Notes: generated by a model from the sequence alone, not told the origin. Shown: positions 24,001 through 34,719, counted from the first letter of the stretch. The stretch is DNA of 64,000 nucleotides from Eukaryota sp. TZLM1-RC (GCA_040285825.1 JAUPSS010000001.1:3720001-3784000); one strand, 5' to 3'. Translations and numbers: made by a program.

Positions 24001-27000
24001 ATTGGTGGACAATGAACCGAAATCTATTGTTATACTCTGTAGGCTGGCAGTAGAAGGAGAGATGTTATTAAAAACTTGGTTGTCATCACCCATTTGGTTA
24101 GGGATAGGGTTAGGGTTAGGGTTATGTGACGTCATCGTTGCGACAAGACGAACACTTGGATCTAGTGCTAATCCATCAATTCTCCTATTAGTTATCAAAG
24201 AGCACACCATCCCAAAATGCTCACTGGCATTGATATCATCCAAGAAAAGTATTGGAAAAGCGTGGGACTCATCTGGAAGTGGTTGAGGGATCGCTACTCC
24301 GGATAAACCACAGTTGTCGGCTTGTGTATTGGAACGATCAACATGGTATCGGTCTGATTGATCACGGGCGAGATGGTTGATTTCATTAATTGTTTCAAAA
24401 AGAACACTGACGGGCGTGTGTGCAGTGAACGAAATTTGTCTAAAAAGATCATCAATACGATCATTCAATAAAATAGAAGCAAAATGAGTGAAAAAAGATG
24501 TCTTACCGACCCCACTGGCTCCCTTTATAATAACAGGAAGGTTATACTTTAACTTCATCAACACAAAGAATGTCTTAACAAAAACGGCCTCTGTCAATAC
24601 AAAGTTTGATACACTGTCCATTATTTTCTGAGAGAGGAAACGGGGCAAATCCGCAAAGGAAACAATTTCTTCTAATCTTTCCATTTCGGTGCTGGGATAT
24701 TGAATTTTTATTTGGGAGTAAAACATCTGCAATTGATATGACAATGTGGTGATAATTGATGGAGGGATAAACAAATACGGATCACCTCTGCAATTGGTCA
24801 TGAAAAATAGGGGACTTTCAAAATGATGTGGTAAAGAATTGAGAAAAACCAAATGTCTGCAACTTCCCAACAGCATGAGTCGCAGTTGTTTCTGCAAATC
24901 AATGATAACATCACTAGTTAAACCAAGATAACACTCCAAATTTTCAGTTTTGTAAAACTCGCAAATCTCAAATCGAGAAATTTGAGAAACAAAAACACAA
25001 GCCAAATCAGACAACTTTTTATAAGAGATCCTTGAAGAATCTATGGAAGCAAACCCAGGAACTTCAATTGTAAAGAGACAATGTAAAGAGTTGACATGTT
25101 CGCAAAATGGCATATCAAAATAAGTAACCAAATATTGTCTCGCCTTGTCCAGAGTATATGATAGGTTCATTGAATCGTTGGAAAAAGGACACGCATCTAC
25201 ATCATGATATACGAGTTCTTTTTTAGAGTTCCATTTGTCTGGATCAACTGATTTACACAAAACTTCTGCCCAAAAGACACCATCGAATAAGTCCCACTGA
25301 CAGGGGCTAGGGATTTCCAAATATATTGTGGCATCGGAAAGCAAAGTGGTACCATTGATACGAATTCCACCTAAATAACTTAAAGAAAAAAGAATACACA
25401 AAAGATTGTAGAAGTCTTTCCGCACTGGTAATTGATCACTATTCCGAGTGTACAGATCTGGATTCCATTCTCCTTTCAAAACGTCTAGGGGTTTGTTGAG
25501 GTCTATATGAATAGCATGCTTGTTGCTTCGATTAAGATATTGCATCTTGATAATAGTATCCTCAATAGAAATCGAACCAGACAACATAACAGAATTATCA
25601 CCACACTTTTCTTTGGCACGGGATGTCTTCCCATTCCCTGGGTTCTGGGAAAACAAAATCTCTGAAATCTTGGATTGGTAGCTATCAAAAATAGGAGGGA
25701 CCGTTAGTTTTTGACCATTTAATTTCATGGTTTCAGAGGTGGTTATAATAAACAATTGAATGTTGGTGAATTCCGATTCTGTCAGAGCATTTAAATAATC
25801 TTTTGCCGAGAAAGAGAGGTATTCGGGACCTACAAGTATTCCACATTTAGTAGCACATCCAGCAATGAACGCTCTGATAGAATCAATGGAAGTTTCCTCT
25901 GAGCAAAGTAGAAAAGTACTAATTGATGGTGTGACATTCGCAAAAGAAGCCACGTGGAGAGCATCAATGAATAAAGAAGAAACAGACTCACTCTTGATTA
26001 TAGAAATGATTTGATCAGGACCTGATACAAGGCCATGATTTGCCTTACCAATATTCAATCCTGTTGAAAATTCTTCCAACCTGCCAATCAAGTTATCCAC
26101 CTCAGGTCCTTCTAGAGGAGGGTATTGTAAATTACATTCAGAATTGAAATCAAGGGGAGGGAGCTTGGAATTAATTACATTGAACTTTTCAATGTTTTTT
26201 CCAATGAGATAATCACGTAAATCTGCACCACTTAATCCAGCACATTCAATAGCCAACTGGCAACGACCAACTAGACTACACCACCTCTTGAGCAAGGTCT
26301 TTTGGCTCTCCACAGCACTCTGAAGATGAGTCAAGTCTCCTAATTCAGCAATCTCGATAATCCATAATCCAGATTCGAAAATGTATCCATTGTCTACTAA
26401 AGATCTGAGTGTTGAAAAGAGTTCAGTAACCAGTGTGTAGAGGTGGATGAAATGATGAAATGAAGTGTTGTTGGAATAAAGATCATCTTCTGTACCTGCA
26501 GCCGAGTGACCATATTTTACAATAATATTAGATGAAACCACTGAAAATGCCTTTGGATTGATGTAAACTCCTCCTTGAGGAATTCTTAAGGAAACTTCAA
26601 AATGAAAAAGGTCAAGCTCTACTTCAGCACCTACTAACTGACTTCCAACGATAAGCGAAACCAATTGTTCAGTTTCATTGAAGGAAGCAGACATAAGCTC
26701 CTCTACTGAATCTGCGCAACCCACTACTGTAGAGAACAGATCAGCAAATTCCCAAATGATGGATTGCTGGGAAATGCCCTTGTCGGAAGCATAAGTTTGT
26801 AATTCATGGAAAAATTCAGTCAACGTGAGTGGTAATTGTTCAACAAAAAAAGGAAATAAAACAGTTTTGCTCAGAGATTCATCATCTTTGAACTGTTGCA
26901 ATAGAAAATTTCTAGTTTTCACAGAGGAAAATGACAAACAAGCTGTGCCTGCATTGAGAAAAGCATCAACTTCTTCAGACGTCATTAGACGCATGTGTTC

Positions 27001-28938
27001 CATTAAGAAACCTGACTTGGCTAATGGACCGCTAATGGCCACCGCAAATGGAACTTCCAATTCATGATCACCAAGTCCAACTACATCAAGCAGAAATGAT
27101 GTATAATCATAGTAATCTACGAGACTAGTTGAGCTAGTGATGTCGTTGAGGGAACCAACCAGATCGTGTGGAATTTCGACATTAAGAAAAAACTGAACAG
27201 ACTGAATTGATCTAATCAAGCTAAACAATCCATCAAAATAAAAATAAAATGAAAAACGTCGTAATTGATCAGTTAAACCACCTAACACGCCGTTCTTATC
27301 AACCAAAGACAGTAGCTGCAGTTCATGACAAAAAGTTTCCTTAAAACGTGGTGTTTTCAATGGATCCAAGTACTGTAATGGAACAGATCCATTTAAATTA
27401 CTGACAAATTGTGTCAGACGATGTTGAAACTCAAAAAACCAATGTTCGTTGAATTCTCTGGGACGAAAATGATTGAAAAGAATGGTGTCGACCAAGGAAA
27501 CCAACAGCTCAAGAAAACTATCATCCATTCCAAATACATACTTGAATTGTTGACAAACGGTGGAGGTTCCACTGCAGTGAAGATCAAAATTGAATTCACA
27601 TGGTGAACAGTTGAAAAAACAAAGACCATCTAAGCATTGCTGTATTGCTTCCTCTTCTTTTGGATGACCAAAATGTGGTGAAAGATATTTAAACTTCTTC
27701 AAATCATCTTCAATTTTCCGGAAATTCTCCACCTGAGCACCAATCAGGACAGAGATTTCGTCAGTATCAACCCAGTCAAAAACAGAAAGATTGTCCAAAA
27801 TTCGTGTTTCATTTAAAAACAAAAAATTGATATCTTTCAAGGACAGTTTATCTCCAATTAACCGCAATCTGAAATCCAAAAACAACTTTTGTAAAACATG
27901 ATATTTTGAGTGTGAATTTTGAGCATTGAACTGCAGAACCCTCCAGCCAGCTTTCCACAAGGGGTTCACAAAAACTTCTAAATCTTTAGGATTCAAGGGA
28001 AATGATGGTAGGCAAGACTCAAAGCTTTTAATTACTTCTGATGACTCCCATCCCTCGAACCACTGAGGAATCAGGGGAGTATTGAACACTGAGAAGGGTG
28101 ATGATTCACGAGCTACTGAGGTGATGGCCCGTTCAATACGTATACGAACGTCAGGCCACGATTGAACAAATGCTGCTACTCGAAGGATAAAGTTGGGGAG
28201 CTCCTGACAGAACAAAGATGAGAAAAAAGGAATGTGTTGGGATAGTTTTGGAGAGAGACAAACAAGATGGATTAGCTCAGGTCTATCGGTGAGAACTTTC
28301 CGGCAAAGAAGTCGGTAAAGGTCGGTGGGGGATATAGATTGATTGTTGTATGGTGTAAATAGAAATTTAACTAACAAATCTAGATTTTGGGAAAATGGAA
28401 AAATTTCAAATGGAAAGTGGAGAATGACGGTAAGAATTTTACGAGGGTTAACCTCTGAAGCAAAATCATCCAAAACAAACAGCATAACGCTGCAGTAGTG
28501 GTACTGTTCATGATGAAACAGTAGATCAAATGACGATACAAGACGTGGTAGATCAGATTTGCTGAGCACAACCCGTTTTGATTCGTAAGACACACCAAAC
28601 ATGAGATCAGTCAAAACCCTTGTTATTGGTTCATATGCATGGACTTTGCCGAAATAATCCAAGTAATCACCAGCTGCAATAAATTTATCAACAAGAGTCG
28701 CCTTTGGATCAACCAGAACATGAAAATTATGCTTAATTTGGTATTGGAGAGGACAAGCTGTGTCAAACCGAGCAACCACTGTTGTCTCAATATATCTAGC
28801 GTCTGCACACCACAGGCTACCCTGTCCGATGCGCTCTAGCTGGAGGTCATTGAACGGAGTGTCAAGCACAGGTTTGTGGTCAGTAGCACTCAATAGGAAC
28901 AAAATAACCGGCTCATTGAGTCCAGCTTCCGATCCCAT
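21037..28938 (-). CDS. RNF213/mysterin-like giant multi-AAA+ protein (2633 aa); no recognisable E3 module
   Basis: PGNGKT..HIDL; LPVIIKGASGVGKT..LFLDDIN; ENLFVMVVGI..PIIFSG; FRDV; RHLMLIG; this order of motifs resembles the RNF213 AAA ring. Confidence 0.75.
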   Translation of the reverse strand: MGSEAGLNEPVILFLLSATDHKPVLDTPFNDLQLERIGQGSLWCADARYIETTVVARFDTACPLQYQIKHNFHVLVDPKATLVDKFIAAGDYLDYFGKVHAYEPITRVLTDLMFGVSYESKRVVLSKSDLPRLVSSFDLLFHHEQYHYCSVMLFVLDDFASEVNPRKILTVILHFPFEIFPFSQNLDLLVKFLFTPYNNQSISPTDLYRLLCRKVLTDRPELIHLVCLSPKLSQHIPFFSSLFCQELPNFILRVAAFVQSWPDVRIRIERAITSVARESSPFSVFNTPLIPQWFEGWESSEVIKSFESCLPSFPLNPKDLEVFVNPLWKAGWRVLQFNAQNSHSKYHVLQKLFLDFRLRLIGDKLSLKDINFLFLNETRILDNLSVFDWVDTDEISVLIGAQVENFRKIEDDLKKFKYLSPHFGHPKEEEAIQQCLDGLCFFNCSPCEFNFDLHCSGTSTVCQQFKYVFGMDDSFLELLVSLVDTILFNHFRPREFNEHWFFEFQHRLTQFVSNLNGSVPLQYLDPLKTPRFKETFCHELQLLSLVDKNGVLGGLTDQLRRFSFYFYFDGLFSLIRSIQSVQFFLNVEIPHDLVGSLNDITSSTSLVDYYDYTSFLLDVVGLGDHELEVPFAVAISGPLAKSGFLMEHMRLMTSEEVDAFLNAGTACLSFSSVKTRNFLLQQFKDDESLSKTVLFPFFVEQLPLTLTEFFHELQTYASDKGISQQSIIWEFADLFSTVVGCADSVEELMSASFNETEQLVSLIVGSQLVGAEVELDLFHFEVSLRIPQGGVYINPKAFSVVSSNIIVKYGHSAAGTEDDLYSNNTSFHHFIHLYTLVTELFSTLRSLVDNGYIFESGLWIIEIAELGDLTHLQSAVESQKTLLKRWCSLVGRCQLAIECAGLSGADLRDYLIGKNIEKFNVINSKLPPLDFNSECNLQYPPLEGPEVDNLIGRLEEFSTGLNIGKANHGLVSGPDQIISIIKSESVSSLFIDALHVASFANVTPSISTFLLCSEETSIDSIRAFIAGCATKCGILVGPEYLSFSAKDYLNALTESEFTNIQLFIITTSETMKLNGQKLTVPPIFDSYQSKISEILFSQNPGNGKTSRAKEKCGDNSVMLSGSISIEDTIIKMQYLNRSNKHAIHIDLNKPLDVLKGEWNPDLYTRNSDQLPVRKDFYNLLCILFSLSYLGGIRINGTTLLSDATIYLEIPSPCQWDLFDGVFWAEVLCKSVDPDKWNSKKELVYHDVDACPFSNDSMNLSYTLDKARQYLVTYFDMPFCEHVNSLHCLFTIEVPGFASIDSSRISYKKLSDLACVFVSQISRFEICEFYKTENLECYLGLTSDVIIDLQKQLRLMLLGSCRHLVFLNSLPHHFESPLFFMTNCRGDPYLFIPPSIITTLSYQLQMFYSQIKIQYPSTEMERLEEIVSFADLPRFLSQKIMDSVSNFVLTEAVFVKTFFVLMKLKYNLPVIIKGASGVGKTSFFTHFASILLNDRIDDLFRQISFTAHTPVSVLFETINEINHLARDQSDRYHVDRSNTQADNCGLSGVAIPQPLPDESHAFPILFLDDINASEHFGMVCSLITNRRIDGLALDPSVRLVATMTSHNPNPNPIPNQMGDDNQVFNNISPSTASLQSITIDFGSLSTNDQKQYIECLLKNLKLNSLDVRRISHSICGIHHVLCNSPETNIIVSINYVKTVKKVIEGLWFLLQRGFAAFGITGMCTSLVVAIALYVCYAVRVPLGATRSLINHTINSVFRIHHSRPTISFVQEVMSRFAHSIPKPDHVEIFFTNLLIENLFVMVVGIVCRTPIIFSGDPCQSRTFALNFLINYLCQPSRDPALPKVHPISFQGSDTTTADSLMNAIGCACQQDENENLVSCFVVSEMSLMINATTKPLEVLCDFLERSDESLAFIGICSFSFYRPPSSRTLTIQRSSPVPQTLVSYLELFFNHHPSIEMFVEMYFNLAENSVIQSELGREKQLLCFRDVVSLAMGVPGLGGFCIDDCFPFFIRNYGVFSLLGNSPYGEIYRQWHHKFFGHHLSDAHMQSSMKRAIFDNISDETPFSRHLMLIGPMALVRYILNNHPRSQDARELPCSSYDVDNHKEFLHIHLAKIIEFASTGKIILLPSHQELLCAMFNLFDKNEFRINGDGLGRSEIAIDSVGRTVNIHKATRFIVVCSSCDLVKLPTALLYKFEKIDLSCFGRPFENSELQLGNDLCNSIGFNHINAFNHKVFVPELLSVEGKGKLIQIISHHQVPFVCASQLFEAQELILECCCDTEYGGFLSLEQVVEHHMKLHNNPYLPNRIIIHSNYLGSIPSKVAHYSKVKEFSFNFVNSYDDLVQLVSTADEITDANSLLIFVMKNNQFRHYPMLANFLSNHYIHCDAVIAVIDGKDYILSPLDSFSSYYCDAIGYENPLLDSASDVTTFGFNCLPADVVFRIIQELLPNLDFPDETFKSVMFSTCKSFINTFTHCEEHFQTLCELFCDLIVEDNSKITHTFSVCNRHIDELFCLQDFIYRGVRCYLSDALKKKGYLISRALDLISSSHKLCPLNDFPKIFNSDISLSEDSECLNFENRISELVEFGLSFRRTSFSFINFISRILHFTENTEVYSEIDWDRLPYPVRKYFELFEKWQL

Positions 28939-29639
28939 ATTAAAGTAACAATACGTAATAGTTTTTTGGGAGATCGATGATTTGTGTCGAAATCAAATGA
29001 ATTTCATTTCAACAGGGGATTTGACGCCACAGTCTGATTTCCTTCAAAAATACCACTATCATCACCAGTAGTGCACTTTATCGTAAACAATCAATTATAC
29101 AATTAACCTTTGTATTTTACCAAAGACAAACGTATAAAGAACTAAATTCTATTGAACTGGACTGCTGACACTGGCATTAACTAACTGGTGCGTTTCACAA
29201 ACAGCATCTTTTATTTCCAGACCCAAGCAATAGGTGAACTTTGACAAGTTTTTCATGTGATCATTTGTTTTGTCATTGAAATCTTGTTCTTATTGTTGTT
29301 ATTAGGGTTTGAATTTAACATTCTAAATAGAAATTGAAATAGAACAATAAAATCAACATAAAAAGTTGTGCATTCTCAAAACTTGCACTCACAACATCGT
29401 AACTGTTAATTTCGGATAATTATCAACTAGAAGATAATGAACCAGAAATTGTTTTTACATTTTTTCAAAAATTGAAAACACAATTCTATTATTAGGAAGG
29501 AATTTCAAGTGGAATTTTTTCAAGGTAAAGAAAATTGTTCAACTTTTTTGACATTTCAAAATATGAAACGAATATGAAATTGTTTCACCATATCATTAAT
29601 TAGGAATTTTATCTTCAAAATGTTTACTTATTTTTACCT

Positions 29640-30560
29640 AGTTTAGATAAAATTCAAAGAGTGAATTACTTTCTAAGGATCGAACCACTAGAATGCCTGA
29701 TTTCATGTGTATGTTTGTTCAAGGGAATGAATTTTTTGAGAAATAATTCCTTCGCAAATGATGATCATTTTAAGTATAATTTATTTCCACTTCAGACCAC
29801 TGATATACCTGTTGTCTGGGATACCCAAGCAATTAACAGAATTTTAATCTCAGATTAATCAATTAGGCGATAAATTCGGAAGGGCTAATGGGTGGAAATT
29901 TAGAAAATTCAATAATAATGTTTCTCATCAATATTGGAAATGGATAATGTGGACAGTTAAAAGAGTTTTCCATCAGAAAGATTACTATTCTAATTTTTCT
30001 ACGAGGACTGATGGTGTAAATTGCTCATTACAGCTCATACCAATAGATACATCTGGGAAGAAGCCCCAACAAGAAGCCTCAAGAAGCCCGAACAAGATGA
30101 AGAAGATACAAAATTGACTGATTTTCTACGAGATGAGCTGATAAACAATACCTTCACAGTAATTGACCCTGCCATTAGGGAACAATTGTTGACTGGGAAA
30201 TTAAAATTCAATTGCCCAAATTCCAACACGTTTACTGAACCACACTCAACCCCAACAGATTCAAGATTGGAATGGGATGAATGGCGTCATGAAGAAAATT
30301 AAAGGTAGAAATAGGGGTTTTATTAAGAGAATGAAACAACAAAAAGACAAAACAATCAAATTTAAACTTCAGACAAAAACAAAATCCTCCTCCTCCAAAT
30401 AAAAACAAGAAAACAAAATTGAAGGAATAAAATTAATTAATAGTACCTTGAAGAGGTTGACTGCTCCTAAACGAAGAAGAGAAACTCTGAACAAAGACCA
30501 TCAAAAATTCTATAAGGATGCTACAAAATCATAGATTATTCAAAACAAAACTGTAAAGGA
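29640..30560 (+). pseudogene. Second, distinct Fanzor1 family remnant (WED to RuvC-I region)
   Basis: Y.L..P..L, YNLFPL..IP..DT, F..RTDGVNCS (30007-30024) and TVIDPAIREQLL (IDP at 30162-30170) occur in canonical order across frameshifts. Confidence 0.6.
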
Positions 30561-30850
30561 GTAGGAAGAAGAATAAAAACAATTTTAAAAAAATACTCTA
30601 TAACATGAAAAATTCCTAAACTACCGCAAGGCAAAATACGACTTTTCTCTCCATGTTGGAGCTTTTTACTTTAATAAAGAATTAAGAGTCATGAAATAGC
30701 GGAGAATCATGCACACAGAGACGTTTGATGCAAAATGGAATGAATTTGAGAGTAAAGACTCCAACGGAACTTCAACTTGATTCATTTCATCTTCATATTC
30801 CAGTAATCTCAACGTGTTACTACTATTTGACTTTTTTGTGCTGCTAGCCG

Positions 30851-33685
30851 ATGTCCTTTCCATCTAAAAAACGTAGTAAGTGGGATGTTGGGGCTCCTAA
30901 ATCTTCAACTTCAAAACTTGAACAACTTCTTATCCTCAGATTTTCTCAATCTGAACTCAACAAACCTTGGGTTGACGAAGAACTCGATATCATCCTCCCC
31001 TCCGTGGATGATGGCTACGAGACTCTTATACCACCTGAACAATACTACCATCCTAGAGTAAGAGAACCATCGCCTGAACCAGAACATCGTCCTGTGCAAC
31101 CTGTTCTCTCTACTGCTATCCTAGGTCTTCCACCTATTCACCCAGATGAAGTTCAATACTTTGAAGGAGCTCTTGATGGTTTAGACTCTCAAGGAAATGA
31201 GATTTCAGACCCTACAGCATCACCTGATGACGTGGCAACACGTAGAGTCAAGCGGATTCTTTTGTATTTGAGATATGGTTCCACGTGGCAACGCAAACGT
31301 AATCTAAAACTATTATATGACTACATTCTATCAAAATCAATAGGACCAAAATCATTTTTTGATTCCTTCATTCCTTTATTTTCTATTTCTAATTTAAATA
31401 ATATAGATATTTTACACATGCTCCGTTTAATTGATGGTGTATCCCATTACTTCAAAGAACTCATCCGTCCCTATACCAAAACCTTAATCACTACCATCAG
31501 CTCTTACCTCACTAGTGAAGATAGATCTCTTAGGATGTCTACCAATACTGTGGTTGGGACTTTGGCAATGTTTTCTGGAGTTACTACCGTTATTGATAGT
31601 GTAAAAGAGTACATCACTAGTGAAGATGGTCATTTAAGAGTGGTTGCGGCTTCTGTTTTAGCTGTCAGTGGCACAACAGTCGGGGTTGCCAGTTTAATAC
31701 CCTTTTTAAGGGCAGCCAGTCAAGCAAATTCAACAGAAGCACGTCATACAGCTATGAAAACCGTTGAAAAAATTGCCCAATCTTTGTCATTTTCAGTTCT
31801 CCCTCATTTGGATTCCCTCTTGGACGTCATTGGACCCTGTGTGCTCAACGAATCAGAACATAGAGTATTGAATTCAGGAGTAATTGCAATGGCGCAACTA
31901 GCTGAAAGTGTCAGTCCTTTTGGCGGAGATTTGTTTAAAAAATACATTACAGTGATTAAGAGCGAGATAAAACGATGTGGAGGTAGACTATTGAGTTCTT
32001 TTTTGAGGCTTTCTGGTGCAATTTTGCATTTGTTGAAGGGAGCGGAAGCCTTGTCTTTTGCAGCAAGCATCACTGGAAGAATACTAGACGAAGTTGGGAC
32101 TAATGACGAGCTGTTGAAGAAAACGTGCATGATTAGTGTGCGACAGATTGTGACGACTGATGACGTGTCTAGTGAGTTTGTCCGTCGTGAGTTGTTGCCT
32201 GAGCTCTTTCCGAAAATTTGGACACGTCGCACAATATATGACAAGCGATTATCCAAATTATTGGTGGAAACCTCTACAGCTTTTGCTATCAAACTCGGTT
32301 CTGTTCCTATTTTAAAATACATGGCTGATTACCTCCATGACGAGCTTTCTCCATTCAGGACTGTAGCTCTAGAAGTCACGTCTAACGTACTTTCCTTATA
32401 CGGAAGTCATGACGTTTCGTCACGTTTAGAAGAAGAGTTGATTGATGGGTTGTTGTATACTTTGGTTGAACATGACGGAGAAGATGTTTTTATTGTTGTT
32501 AAGCACTTTGGACAGGCCCTGAGCTCTTTTGGGACCAATATTTCACGATATTTGTCCAATTTTTCAAGAATTTTGATTGATCTCATGTCACACAGAAGCT
32601 CTCGACTTCGATCACTATCTGCAAAGGTTCTTTCGACAACAGCTAACGTTTTTGTTATCAATCAATCAATCCGTGACCTTCAACGACTTTCTCTGGTTTT
32701 CTTTGAATCACTTGGTGAAGAGTTTCCTGACGTCCTGGCATCTGTCCTCTCAGCTTGTAGGTCTTGCCTTGTTGCATTGGAAGACCGTATCGAACCACCA
32801 GCTGGGGAGTTTGTACTGAAGCTCTCTCCTATTTTACGTAACAAGCATGACGACGTGCAAGAGCAGGTTACCTTGTTCATTGACACTCTAGCAGGCATTT
32901 CTCCTGATTGTGCCCCTCCCAAAGAATGGCTGCGGTTAGTTTTTGAATTAATCGAGAACTTATCCTCAACGCGACGGTCCGTTCGACGTGCAGCCATCAG
33001 TGCAATTGGACAAATTTCAAAAGCAATAGGTCCTTCAGATGTTCTCCTAACCTTACTAAACAACTTACGTGTTCAAGAACGACAGAACCGAATGGCAACG
33101 ACCATGGCAATTGCCGTCATTGCTGATAATTGCGGTCCTTTCACCGTGTTGCCGGCCTTATTTGTTGAATATAAAACTCCTTCACTCAATATCCAAAACG
33201 GTGTTTTGAAATCTTTATCATTCATTTGTGAGTTTATGTCATCTAAATGCAGAGATTACGTCTATTCTATCGTTCCATTACTCGAGGATGCACTTACTGA
33301 TGCTGATCTAGTTCATCGCCAGACTGCATGTACTGTGGTTAAGCATTTGTCTTATGGTGTGCATGGCCATGGAGCGGAAGATGCACTTTTGCATTTGCTT
33401 AATTTGATTTGGCCAAATATACTAGAACCTTCGATTCCAATGATGACTGCATTTGTAGAGGCTGTTGAAGCTTTAAGAGTTGGTTTAGGACCTTGTCATT
33501 TACTCCAGTATGTGCTACAAGGGTTATTCCACGCTGCAAAGAAGGTACGAGAGCGATATTGGAGAATATTTAATATTATTAGGATTGGTTCTGAAGAGGC
33601 TTTGACCGCTTTCTACCCTGATCTGGTTGACGATGACAAGTATGGCAATGTTTATAGCAGAAGTGATTTGGACTTGGTATTGTAG
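30851..33685 (+). CDS. SF3B1: Splicing factor 3B subunit 1 (U2 snRNP HEAT protein), N-terminally reduced
   Basis: RSKWD, DEELD..LP..GY, LLNNLRVQERQNR, CGPFTVLPAL, NIQNGVLKSLSF, DLVHRQTA, QGLFH. Confidence 0.95.
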   Translation: MSFPSKKRSKWDVGAPKSSTSKLEQLLILRFSQSELNKPWVDEELDIILPSVDDGYETLIPPEQYYHPRVREPSPEPEHRPVQPVLSTAILGLPPIHPDEVQYFEGALDGLDSQGNEISDPTASPDDVATRRVKRILLYLRYGSTWQRKRNLKLLYDYILSKSIGPKSFFDSFIPLFSISNLNNIDILHMLRLIDGVSHYFKELIRPYTKTLITTISSYLTSEDRSLRMSTNTVVGTLAMFSGVTTVIDSVKEYITSEDGHLRVVAASVLAVSGTTVGVASLIPFLRAASQANSTEARHTAMKTVEKIAQSLSFSVLPHLDSLLDVIGPCVLNESEHRVLNSGVIAMAQLAESVSPFGGDLFKKYITVIKSEIKRCGGRLLSSFLRLSGAILHLLKGAEALSFAASITGRILDEVGTNDELLKKTCMISVRQIVTTDDVSSEFVRRELLPELFPKIWTRRTIYDKRLSKLLVETSTAFAIKLGSVPILKYMADYLHDELSPFRTVALEVTSNVLSLYGSHDVSSRLEEELIDGLLYTLVEHDGEDVFIVVKHFGQALSSFGTNISRYLSNFSRILIDLMSHRSSRLRSLSAKVLSTTANVFVINQSIRDLQRLSLVFFESLGEEFPDVLASVLSACRSCLVALEDRIEPPAGEFVLKLSPILRNKHDDVQEQVTLFIDTLAGISPDCAPPKEWLRLVFELIENLSSTRRSVRRAAISAIGQISKAIGPSDVLLTLLNNLRVQERQNRMATTMAIAVIADNCGPFTVLPALFVEYKTPSLNIQNGVLKSLSFICEFMSSKCRDYVYSIVPLLEDALTDADLVHRQTACTVVKHLSYGVHGHGAEDALLHLLNLIWPNILEPSIPMMTAFVEAVEALRVGLGPCHLLQYVLQGLFHAAKKVRERYWRIFNIIRIGSEEALTAFYPDLVDDDKYGNVYSRSDLDLVL

Positions 33686-34059
33686 TTTTTGGTTTTGGTT
33701 AGGGTTAATCATTTTTTGATTGTTTTTTTGATTGTTTTTAGTTTCTGTACATTCGTGTTTTTTGTGATCATGGAGGCTTTGGTTTTTTGATTGATTATAA
33801 TTTGCATTTTCTTAATTTGTTAAATAATTATTGTTGATAGTTTCTTTTTGTGCGGTTTTTATTGGTGACTTGACCAATTCAATTTGAATTTGAATTTTTG
33901 TTTTTAGGGTTTGGCACAACAGGGTTTGGTCTAAGACAGTCACTAAGGTTGAACATAAAGTTTCATTTCGTTGTACAGTTGCACAGATAGACCATACAAT
34001 ATACTTAACAAATTCTGATTTCTTGTATTTCACTAAATCCAAATATGTTTAAACAATTC

Positions 34060-34245
34060 TATCTTTTATTTATTTTTAAAACTAGAATAATTATTGAGAT
34101 AAAAAACCATCTAGAATTCAATATCCTCCAAACAAGCGTCACTATTACTGAACCTACTCACAGCATTACGTTCATATTCTACACCAATAGCTAAAAGCGC
34201 CTTTGAAATCATTGTTGGAATAGACTTGAAAATGCAGAAAACAAT
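34060..34245 (-). mobile_element. 3'-terminal fragment of family B retrotransposon
   Basis: Near-identical reverse complement of ~5285-5460. Confidence 0.85.
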
Positions 34246-34719
34246 CCAAATATGAGATTAATGATTTTGGTTCGATCAATTGAATGGTATATGTATATGA
34301 TTGGTACAAAGGTTGCTCAGTGGAATGAATCTTCTCATTAGATAAAGATTCAATTAAGAACCCAAATTGTCCATAATGGACGCAGAGTCAAGTCAAGAAA
34401 TGATGCATTAGGTTAGAGAAATCAAATATTGCATCAAGAAGACTTTGCCACAATGACGGAGTTTGACGAATTAACAAAGTTGTTGATTTAAGTTGTTGTC
34501 TCAATACCCATTAATAATCCATGTTCGGAGAAGTTGCAATAGAAATCATAATAGAGTATTTTCCAGAAACAATTAACATGATTTACAATTCCAAGAATTG
34601 ATTGAAGTACATGATACTTGAAAAAACTTAGAATCCAACAACGCAGCCGTAATAATTTTTGGAGTCTATTCACCAGAGTCTTTTGTGTCATGTCATCAAA
34701 ATTTTTCTAGTATCCCAAA

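Noticed and set aside
31804-33063. Antisense ORFs within SF3B1, and similar shadows in other genes
   Set aside because: They overlap well-conserved genes on the opposite strand and carry no motifs
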